Part shown: positions 17,632 to 24,927 of the stretch, in pieces | How positions within the stretch are numbered: the first letter of the stretch is position 1 | Layout of the letters: the number at the start of each line of letters is the position of its first letter | Assembly (NCBI RefSeq): GCF_007431345.1 | Contig: NZ_CP041730.1 | Span: 163,651-195,650 of the forward strand | Direction: 5' to 3' | Source of the DNA: Chitinimonas arctica | GTDB taxonomy: Bacteria > Pseudomonadota > Gammaproteobacteria > Burkholderiales > Chitinimonadaceae | Length of the DNA: 32,000 bases | Position numbers and translations under genes: made by a program | The notes under the pieces: generated by a model | Seen by the model: only the letters and a program-made list of their open reading frames with translations | Database searches by the model: none | What the model was told of the DNA's origin: nothing

Positions 17632-18693
17632 CTAATCGCGAGCCACTGCTGCACTTTCTTTTGCTATCCGGTCGAGATTTTTCTGCGCGTCAGCGTGCCC
17701 TTGAGCAGCAGATTTTCGGTACAGGTCGAGTGCTTGCCGATCATCCCGAGTCAACCCTAGGCCGTGTTCGTACAGATGACCGAGTTTGTTCTGCGCAAAA
17801 GCATCCCCTTGTGCTGCGGCCTTGCGATACCAGGCAGCGGCTTGGGCATAATCTTGCTGCACCCCACGGCCAGCCTCATACAATGTCGCCATGCTCGCTT
17901 CCGCAGTGGCCAGCCTCTGTTCGGCACTTTTTCGATACCACATCATCGCTTGCGCGTAGTCCTGCGGCACACCATGGCCCTGTTCGAACATATCCCCAAC
18001 ATTGCACTGGGCAGCGGGATGTCCTTGATCCGCAGCCTTGCGATACCAGGCCATTGCTTGTGCATGATCCCGCGGCACATCGGAGCCTTTCATATAGATC
18101 ATGCCGAGATTGAACTGAGCGCGGGAGAAACCCTTCTCGGCGGCCTTTCGAAGCCAGAAAAACGCTTGCGGAAAATCTCGCGACACGCTTTTGCCATCTA
18201 AAAAGAGCACGCCCAACGCGTTCTGAGCAACTGGCAGCCCCTGTTTGGCTGCCCTTCGGTACCAGGCGATAGCCTGTTCATCATCCTGCGGCACGCCGAG
18301 CCCCTGCTGGTACATCCATCCGAGGTTGGTCTGAGCAGTCGCACGCCCCTGCTCAGCGGCTTTGCCGCACCAGCTCAGTGCCTGCTAATTATCTTGCGGC
18401 ACGCCAAGGCCACCAAGGTACAGCGTACAAAGATTGGTCTGCGCATCCGCATTGCCCTGCTGCGCGCTCTTGCGATACCAAGCCAAAGCTTGCAGGTGGT
18501 CCTGCGCAACTTCCTGACCTAGCTGATACATTGCGCCCAGCTTGTTTTGGGCGGCGGCATGGCCGCTTTCCGCCAACGCACGCACCCCATCGAGTGTCGC
18601 CTGCTGAAGGTCCGTTTTATGTCCATTCAATCCCGCCCAGGCCATACCGGACAATCCCACTGCCATGGTAAGCAGCCAAATACGTACTTTCAT
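17632..18693 (-). pseudogene. Exported Sel1-repeat protein gene interrupted by an in-frame TAG codon (complement 18387..18385)
   Basis: ORFs 18385..18693 and 17632..18315 are in the same frame. The 23 codons between them read QALSWCGKAAEQGRATAQTNLGW, a normal Sel1 repeat continuation. Signal peptide MKVRIWLLTMAVGLSGMAWA; about eight 36-aa Sel1 repeats ([..]QALAWYRKAAxQGxxxAQxxLGxxYxxGxGVPQD). Confidence 0.8.
17632..18693 (-). repeat. Tandem degenerate 108-bp (36-aa) Sel1-like repeat array, about 8 units
   Basis: Period of 36 aa visible across both halves of the interrupted frame. Confidence 0.85.
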
Positions 18694-18727
18694 TTCAATT
18701 CCCTTTGCTTACTGCGCATCAGCGATT

Positions 18728-18860
18728 TTAGCTGGGCCCCACCACCCCCGCCCTGATCTCGAATTCAACCGTCTCCAAACGCTCGCGCAGCACCGTCTGC
18801 TGGTGGCTGAGATGCACCCGGTTCACACGGCCTGTCGCGCCAGCGCATCAAGGTGGCCCG
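18728..18860 (-). pseudogene. 3'-end remnant/duplicate of the PilN-like gene
   Basis: Minus strand reads VNRVHLSHQQTVLRERLETVEFEIRAGVVGPS*, near-identical to RVHLSHQQTVLRERLETVEFEVRAGV at the end of the intact PilN-like gene. Confidence 0.85.
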
Positions 18861-19735
18861 TCTCGTCGCACCCCAATTTTTGAGTAAATTCAACTTTCAG
18901 GGAAGATCTAAGTTGCTCTTAGCATTGTTCCACGATGCTTTTTGTTGGACAAAAAATCCCACATTTAATAGGGCGGTCTTCTCGATAGCTTTCAAATCCT
19001 CTTGCTGCTGAGTAAGCTCTCTTTGCATAAGGGGATGTACTAATATTTTATTATCCAACAGAAGGTCACTGGGGGCCAGCCCCTCTATTTCTTGTATATA
19101 TAAATCCACGGAATCAGTTGCATAGGTCGCAGCTTGTACAATTCTGCCCACATTATTTTCACGTAAATGATCCAAAAGACTGCACACTGAAAAACACGCA
19201 TCTTGTGCCGATGACACATATAGAGAAGCAAAGTCATCTGAACTGGGTGCCGCCAGCTCACAAGCTTGGGTCGCATTTTTTATTTCCTGGACGCTCACCG
19301 ATTCACCGGAAAGAAACTTCCAAACAATGTCCAAGGCCTTTCGCAAGGAAGAAAAATCTCCCCAGTCCGTATCTTGCTGGAAGGCAATATAATTCGGCAC
19401 TAGCCTTTCACAGCAAAAAGCACCAAATGCCAGTTGACGATTGCCATCAAGCTTAGTTAGGCGCGCCTTTAAGGTCGCGCCATCAAATGCAGGCATAACC
19501 ATTTCTTTATTATTCCTTCAATGGACTTAGTACATTGATGCCCTGTTGTTGCAAAGTGCTTGCACACCGCATTGGTGAATCCGCGTTCACACGCCTGATG
19601 AAGGATTCTGGCCTGTCACCCCCGCCCTGACCTCAAATTCGACTGTCTCCAAACGCTCGCGCAGCACTGTCTGCTGGTGGCTGAGATGCACCCGGCTCAA
19701 TACAGCCTGCCCCGCCAGCGCATCCAGATAAGCCT
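18743..19735. repeat. Imperfect direct repeat pair (about 18743-18860 and 19617-19735) flanking the DUF416 gene
   Basis: CACCCCCGCCCTGA...CTCCAAACGCTCGCGCAGCA[C/T]TGTCTGCTGGTGGCTGAGATGCACCCGG... in both copies. Hand alignment gives roughly 90% identity with one 1-nt gap. Confidence 0.85.
18897..19502 (-). CDS. DUF416 / YjaG-family protein
   Basis: AFGAFCCERLVPNYIAFQQDTDWGDFSSLRKALDIVWKFL...CELAAPSSDDF...AQDACFSVCSLLDHL resembles E. coli YjaG (CERMYPNYAMFCQQTGFGD..RRILDLIWE.. IPSADDF.. AIDACVALSELV). The gene is clearly AT-richer than its neighbours. Confidence 0.75.
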   Translation of the reverse strand: MVMPAFDGATLKARLTKLDGNRQLAFGAFCCERLVPNYIAFQQDTDWGDFSSLRKALDIVWKFLSGESVSVQEIKNATQACELAAPSSDDFASLYVSSAQDACFSVCSLLDHLRENNVGRIVQAATYATDSVDLYIQEIEGLAPSDLLLDNKILVHPLMQRELTQQQEDLKAIEKTALLNVGFFVQQKASWNNAKSNLDLP

Positions 19736-20126
19736 CCAGGGCGCGGCGATCGCGCGCCTCGCCGCGCAGGATCAGTTGGCGGCTGGTCTTGTCGGGTTGG
19801 AATTCGAGTAACTCCACATCGGCTTTGCCTGCCCGTTCGATGGCCAGGAAGACCTCCGGCCACGGGTATTCGCGCTCGGCCTGCAGTGCCGCCCATTGTT
19901 TTTGCGTACGTTGCAATGCCTTGTCGTCCACCGGCTTGGCAGCGCGGCGCTGCTGGACTTGCAGCCTTTCGCTCCGGGCGGCGAGCTGTTCGGTGCGCGC
20001 AGCGGTTTGATAGGCGTCCTGCGCCAGCCAGGCCGCGCCGATCAGCAGCACGGCGACCAGCAGCCACAGCCAGCCGGCATGGCGCAGCGGCGGACGAAGA
20101 TAAGGGCTAAGCGGGTCCATATTCAT
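19587..20126 (-). CDS. PilN-like / type II secretion-associated assembly protein
   Basis: Short cytoplasmic N-terminus, a single TM (HAGWLWLLVAVLLIGAAWLAQDAY), coiled coil, C-terminal ferredoxin-like region (FQPDKTSRQLILRGEARDRRALEAYLDAL...LSRVHLSHQQT). Position is after gspE and a PilM-like gene. Confidence 0.7.
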   Translation of the reverse strand: MNMDPLSPYLRPPLRHAGWLWLLVAVLLIGAAWLAQDAYQTAARTEQLAARSERLQVQQRRAAKPVDDKALQRTQKQWAALQAEREYPWPEVFLAIERAGKADVELLEFQPDKTSRQLILRGEARDRRALEAYLDALAGQAVLSRVHLSHQQTVLRERLETVEFEVRAGVTGQNPSSGV

Positions 20127-20893
20127 TGCCATTCGCTGGGGGTAAGGGCTTGCACCACTGCGCCGGGCAGGTTGGCGACGATCTGTTCGGCACGGCTGCT
20201 CGCGTCATCGGTTGCGGCCGACCAGGCGGCGACCTGTTCGATCGCACCGTGCAGGGCAGCCAAACGGCGTAGCAGGCGGGTAGTGGCGGCTTGCGCGTCG
20301 CCGGCTGCGGGTTCCACGTCATAGCCGATCAGGCCGGCGTGGTCGTACAGCAAGGCGGTGCTGCGGCTGGCATCGCCCAGTAGCAGCAGGCGCTTGCCTT
20401 CTCCCGGTGCGCAAGCCGCGCGGTGGTAGATGGCGGCGGACAGTGGCAAGACAGTGCGCAGGCGCAGACCGTGCGCCTGGCACAAGGCCGGCAGTTCGGT
20501 CAGGCAGCCGCGCCGCAACGCATACGCCAGACCCAGCCGACCATGATGACGGAAATCGCTGTGTTGCACCCACTCCCGATCCAGCGGCTGGCCTTGCTGT
20601 TCAAAGCAGGCTTGCGCATAGGCTTCGACCTCGGCCGGCGTCTGTAGCGCCGGCTGCCAGGCGAGCGGCGCCAGGGCCGCCAGGCTGTCCGAGACAGTCA
20701 GCACCAAGCGGCTGCCCGGCCGCCATTGCCCGGTGTGTTCGGTCAACAGCGCGATTAGTTCAGCCAGCAGATCAAGCGGTGCGGGGCTCGGTGCATATTC
20801 GCTCCAGCGCGGCGCGGCGGACCGGCCAAGCTGCAGGCCGCGCCGGCCCGGAAACAGACTGGCGTAGACGGTACTAGGCCACAAAGGTGACAC
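20123..20893 (-). CDS. PilM/GspL-like actin-fold assembly protein
   Basis: GTG 20893 (VSPLWPSTVYASLFPGRRGLQLGRS...) overlaps the end of gspE. Operon position and RLLLLGDASRSTALLYDHAGLIGYDVE resemble degenerate PilM/GspL-type proteins. The ORF track start at 21013 lies inside gspE and is not credible. Confidence 0.5.
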   Translation of the reverse strand: MSPLWPSTVYASLFPGRRGLQLGRSAAPRWSEYAPSPAPLDLLAELIALLTEHTGQWRPGSRLVLTVSDSLAALAPLAWQPALQTPAEVEAYAQACFEQQGQPLDREWVQHSDFRHHGRLGLAYALRRGCLTELPALCQAHGLRLRTVLPLSAAIYHRAACAPGEGKRLLLLGDASRSTALLYDHAGLIGYDVEPAAGDAQAATTRLLRRLAALHGAIEQVAAWSAATDDASSRAEQIVANLPGAVVQALTPSEWQ

Positions 20894-22541
20894 GATTGAC
20901 CTCCTGCAATGTGGTCTGGCCGTCGCGCACCCCTTGCAGGGCGACCTCGCGCAACAAGCGGGTGCCTTCGCGGCGGGCCTGCTCCTTGAGGGTGCGCAGC
21001 GAGGCGCGGTCAATGATCATTTCGCGCAGCTCGTCGCTGAGGCACATGACTTCGGCCACTGCCCGGCGGCCTTTATAGCCGCTGCCGCGGCATTGCGGGC
21101 AACCGCGGCCGGCACGGAAGCGGTAGTTCTCCGGATCGGGGATGCCGGAGTCGGCTAATAAGGCGGCATCGAGCTGCTGGTCGGTCACGCAGTGCGGGCA
21201 GTTCTGCCGCACCAGCCGCTGCGCCACCACGCCCGTCAGGGCCGAGACCAGGTGATACGGGTCCACGCCCATATGCATAAAGCGGCCGATAACGTCGAAA
21301 CTGTTGTTGGCATGCACCGAGGTAAACACCAAATGGCCGGTCAGCGCCGACTGCACCGCGATCTGGGCGGTTTCCGCATCGCGGATCTCGCCGACCAGGA
21401 TCTTGTCCGGATCATGCCGCAGGATGGAACGCAGGCCAACGGCAAAGCTGAGGCCCTTCTTTTCGTTGACCGGAATCTGCAGCACGCCGGGCAGCTGGTA
21501 TTCGACCGGATCTTCGATGGTAATGAACTTATCTTCGCCCTGGTTGATCTCGGTCAAGGCCGCATACAGGGTAGTGGTCTTACCGCTGCCGGTCGGACCG
21601 GTGGCCAGCAGCATGCCGTAGGGCGCGGCCGCCAGCCGGCGCAGCACGCGCACGGTATCGGCATCGAATCCCAGCGAATCCAGCGTCAGGCGCTGCACCT
21701 GGTCGATCAGGGCTTGCTTGTCCAAAATCCGCAGCACGGCATCTTCGCCGTGGATGCTGGGCATGATGGAGACGCGGATATCGATATCGCGGCCCTTGGC
21801 GGCAATGCGGAAGCGGCCGTCCTGCGGGATGCGCTTTTCGGCGATATCGAGTTCGGCCAGCACCTTGATACGGGCGATGGCCTGTTCGGCCAGCGCGGTT
21901 TTGTTGACGGTGGCGATGCGGTTCAGCACGCCGTCGATACGGAACTTGATCACCAGGCCTTGCGGGATCGATTCGAGGTGGATATCGCTGGCTTCGCAGC
22001 GCAAGGCATCGAACACGGTCGAGTTGATCAAGCGCACGGCCGGACTGGCCTCGCCCTGGATCGATGCCAGGGTCAGGTCGGCGCTGGCATCGCGCGCCAG
22101 TTCGATGGATTGGTCCAGGCCGACCGCATCGGCCACGGCGCTGAAACCGGCCTCGTGCCGTTCCAGCTCGGCGCGCAGCAGGGCGGGGTCGGCCAGGTAA
22201 AGCGCCGTCAGCGGCAAGGCTTGAGCGGCCAGCCACGGGCCCAGCCGGCTATCCAGCGGCTGGCCGATCGCGGCGCAGAGCCGGCCGGCGGCGTCGTGCC
22301 CCACCAGCAGCACTCTTTCGGCCATGTCGGTGTAGGCCACTTGCGCGAAGTCCGGCTGGAGCGGCCAGCCGGTGGCGCAGTCTAGCGGCGGGTAGGCCAG
22401 CAGGGTGGCGGCCTCGGCCAGCAACGCCTCGCGCGATTGCGGGGAACGCTCGGCCAGCCAGCTCAGCCAGTCGCCGCCGAGGCCGGCGGCTTGGCAGGCC
22501 TGCGTCAGCTCGGCCAGGGTCAGGGGGGCATCAAAGTGCAT
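20874..22541 (-). CDS. gspE: GspE/PulE-type secretion/pilus assembly ATPase
   Basis: Walker A LATGPTGSGKTTTLY, Asp box ITIEDPVEYQ, Walker B RHDPDKILVGEIRDAETA, His box TGHLVFTSVHAN, Zn-binding CPHC...CPQCRGSGYKGR. Confidence 0.95.
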   Translation of the reverse strand: MHFDAPLTLAELTQACQAAGLGGDWLSWLAERSPQSREALLAEAATLLAYPPLDCATGWPLQPDFAQVAYTDMAERVLLVGHDAAGRLCAAIGQPLDSRLGPWLAAQALPLTALYLADPALLRAELERHEAGFSAVADAVGLDQSIELARDASADLTLASIQGEASPAVRLINSTVFDALRCEASDIHLESIPQGLVIKFRIDGVLNRIATVNKTALAEQAIARIKVLAELDIAEKRIPQDGRFRIAAKGRDIDIRVSIMPSIHGEDAVLRILDKQALIDQVQRLTLDSLGFDADTVRVLRRLAAAPYGMLLATGPTGSGKTTTLYAALTEINQGEDKFITIEDPVEYQLPGVLQIPVNEKKGLSFAVGLRSILRHDPDKILVGEIRDAETAQIAVQSALTGHLVFTSVHANNSFDVIGRFMHMGVDPYHLVSALTGVVAQRLVRQNCPHCVTDQQLDAALLADSGIPDPENYRFRAGRGCPQCRGSGYKGRRAVAEVMCLSDELREMIIDRASLRTLKEQARREGTRLLREVALQGVRDGQTTLQEVNRVTFVA

Positions 22542-23712
22542 TGGCCATCTCGAAAATCGGGGTATACAGCATCAATACAATGGCGCCGATGACCAGGCCG
22601 ATGCCGACCATCAGCACCGGTTCGATCAGCCGGCCAGCCACATCGAGCCAGGCAGCCACTTCCTGGTCGTAGAAATCGGCGATCCGTTCCAGCATCTCGT
22701 CCAGCTGGCCGGACGATTCGCCGGCCAACAGCAAGCGGTCGGCCACTTCGGTACTGAGGCCTTGCTCCGCCATCACCCGCGACAAAGGGTGCCCCTCGCT
22801 GACCGCCCTGCCCGCTTGCTGCAAGCGCGCCTGCATGGCCAAGGGCAAGGCGGCCTCGCTCATCCTCATGGCAGCGAGGACGCTGACGCCGCTGCGCAGC
22901 AGCATCCCCAGGGTGCGGTAAAGGCGGGCCAATTGCAGGGTCCAGACCTTGTCCCCCAGCCAGGGCGTGCGCAACACGCGGCGGAACACGCCGGCGCGGA
23001 CAGCCGGTTGCAGCGCCACGAGCAAGCCGCCCAGGGGCAGCGCCAGGCACAGCCCCCAGGCCAGCCAGGGATACCCGTTGACCAGGCTGCCCCAAGCCTG
23101 CACCAGGCGCGACATATCCGTCTGCCTGGGCACATCCTCGAATACCGCGCTGAAACGCGGCACCACATACAGCAACAAAAAGGTCACCACCAGATAGCCG
23201 ACCCCGACCAGGATCGCCGGATAGACGGCGGCCGCCAGCAGTTGGCCGCGAATGGCATCGACCTGGCGCTGGTAGTGCATAAAGCGCTGGATGGCGGCGC
23301 GCACGCTGCCGGTGGTTTCGCTGGCGCGCAGCATGGCCAGGTAAAGCGCCGGAAAGACCGAGGGCAAGGCCGCCATCGCTTCCGACAGCTGTTTGCCGTG
23401 CCGTAGGCCTTGCAACAGGCTGTCGTAGACGGCCCGGTGCCGCCCGGTCCGGTCGTTGCGGCCAAGGATCTCGATCGCATCGACGATAGGCTGGCCGGCT
23501 TCCAGCAAGGCGTGCAATTGCTGGTTGAACACCAGCAGCTTGAAGGCCGCGGCGCCCTTGAGACGCGGCAGGCCGTGCCGGACCGGTCGCAGCGTCAGCA
23601 ATCGACCGCCGCTTGCTGCCAGCACGCGACGCGCTTCTGCTTCATCGGCGGCTTCCAGCTCAACCTGCCTCACTTGGGCGTCGGCTTGTAGCACCTTGGC
23701 GCGGTAGCGCAT
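22531..23712 (-). CDS. gspF: GspF-family inner-membrane platform protein
   Basis: Two T2SSF domains (FNQQLHALLEAGQPIVDAIEIL.., LARLYRTLGMLLRSGVSVLAAM..), C-terminal PVLMVGIGLVIGAIVLMLYTPIFEM. Confidence 0.94.
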   Translation of the reverse strand: MRYRAKVLQADAQVRQVELEAADEAEARRVLAASGGRLLTLRPVRHGLPRLKGAAAFKLLVFNQQLHALLEAGQPIVDAIEILGRNDRTGRHRAVYDSLLQGLRHGKQLSEAMAALPSVFPALYLAMLRASETTGSVRAAIQRFMHYQRQVDAIRGQLLAAAVYPAILVGVGYLVVTFLLLYVVPRFSAVFEDVPRQTDMSRLVQAWGSLVNGYPWLAWGLCLALPLGGLLVALQPAVRAGVFRRVLRTPWLGDKVWTLQLARLYRTLGMLLRSGVSVLAAMRMSEAALPLAMQARLQQAGRAVSEGHPLSRVMAEQGLSTEVADRLLLAGESSGQLDEMLERIADFYDQEVAAWLDVAGRLIEPVLMVGIGLVIGAIVLMLYTPIFEMANAL

Positions 23713-23936
23713 CAATTAATCTCGCAGCTTGCCACAAAGGCATTGAATGCGTACGTGTAGTCCGCCGAGGAAAGCAGCAGATGTTCTGGGATAGTCATGC
23801 TGCATTTTATGGAATAGATCATTGCCGCACTAAGGACACTTGCCCCTATCGAGCCGAGCCGAGATGTTCCGTGACAAGTCATCCTCGCAGAGTGCAGCCG
23901 CAATCCTATTGGGGTAAATTCGCTTCATTCCCCAAG

Positions 23937-24488
23937 CTATTCGCCCAGAGGCGAACAGTCCTCCGGTGGATCCGCCCATTCGCCCAACGGATCTTTGGGC
24001 GGAAGCGGTTGCGCGCGGGCAGCACAGATGTACCCGCCTTTGGGGAGGGGAATCAGTTCCAGAAATTCGTTTTCGCATACCGTCGAAATGCTCACCCCCC
24101 ACTCGGCCTTACCCGGCTCCGGCATTTCGTCCATGCAACCTTTCGAAGTTGCTGTAATAGTTTCGATTACGATACACCCTTGTAGGCCTGTGACCTTATC
24201 TGCGGGGGTCACGCGCGTAGCGTAAGTGCTGAGAAAGGCTGCTCCAGTCATGTTCAATGCATTGCACTCTCCAACGCGCGGCGTACTTTCCGTTCTGCTG
24301 GGAATGGACAAACCCCCACAGGCTGCCCCCACGGTACTTCCCCGCGAGGTATAGACGCCGCTGACGACCGTGTCGATTCTAGCCTCATACACGGGTGTTT
24401 CAAGAGAGGCCGATTGACTAACAATCGATGAAGTTACCAGCGCGAATATGCTAAAGCGGCGCCAGCCGCTTTTAAAATAGTTACGCAT
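23937..24488 (-). CDS. Putative exported cysteine-containing protein, unknown family
   Basis: ATG 24488; N-terminus MRNYFKSGWRRFSIFALVTSSIVSQSASLE looks like a signal peptide; 7 Cys in the mature part. No family recognised. Directly downstream of the membrane ORF. Confidence 0.55.
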   Translation of the reverse strand: MRNYFKSGWRRFSIFALVTSSIVSQSASLETPVYEARIDTVVSGVYTSRGSTVGAACGGLSIPSRTESTPRVGECNALNMTGAAFLSTYATRVTPADKVTGLQGCIVIETITATSKGCMDEMPEPGKAEWGVSISTVCENEFLELIPLPKGGYICAARAQPLPPKDPLGEWADPPEDCSPLGE

Positions 24489-24490
24489 TT

Positions 24491-24892
24491 TCAAGGCCTT
24501 ACTTCCTGAGCTTGTTTTGTTTTACTAATAAGCAGATCTATTCTTGCACGCAAATATTTTCCGAGAAAATAAGCCGTCACTCCGACGAGCAGCATGGCCG
24601 GTGTCACACCATGTGTAATCATTTCACTCAGCGAGGAAAGATGGCTAAAGAAATAGTTCACATTCATCATCATTAAAACGAAAATGTTCCATACCACTTC
24701 CATCAAGAATAAGACAATGACGGCCTCGGGCCACTTCACCCGTCCAGAAACTCCCATCAAGCTCATCGGAATGGCCACAGCCAAAGTCATGCTAAGCGTG
24801 CCATGCTCCAAGCAGGCAAGGACCATCGTCTCGCAGATCTTATAGCTAAGTAGCAGCACAAAAAGACGAAACACCAGCTTAATGATTTTCAT
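24491..24892 (-). CDS. Small multi-pass membrane protein, unknown family (candidate immunity/partner of the RHS protein)
   Basis: ATG 24892 preceded by AAAGGAAATTGC. Hydrophobic stretches LVFRLFVLLLSYKICETMVLACL, LAVAIPMSLMG, AVIVLFLMEVVWNIFVLMMM, TPAMLLVGVTAYFLG. Starts 36 nt after the rhs stop codon. Confidence 0.65.
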   Translation of the reverse strand: MKIIKLVFRLFVLLLSYKICETMVLACLEHGTLSMTLAVAIPMSLMGVSGRVKWPEAVIVLFLMEVVWNIFVLMMMNVNYFFSHLSSLSEMITHGVTPAMLLVGVTAYFLGKYLRARIDLLISKTKQAQEVRP

Positions 24893-24927
24893 GCAATTTC
24901 CTTTAGAAATCCCCAAGTACTGCCGAT

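Noticed and set aside
17632-18693. CRISPR-like or satellite repeat
   Set aside because: The 108-bp periodicity is explained by Sel1 protein repeats. No identical short repeats with spacers are visible anywhere in the window.
20894-21013. N-terminal 40 aa of the 296-aa PilM/GspL-like ORF
   Set aside because: This stretch (MTAPRCAPSRSRPAAKAPACC...) lies inside gspE in an alternate frame with no plausible RBS. The GTG at 20893 fits operon-style overlap.
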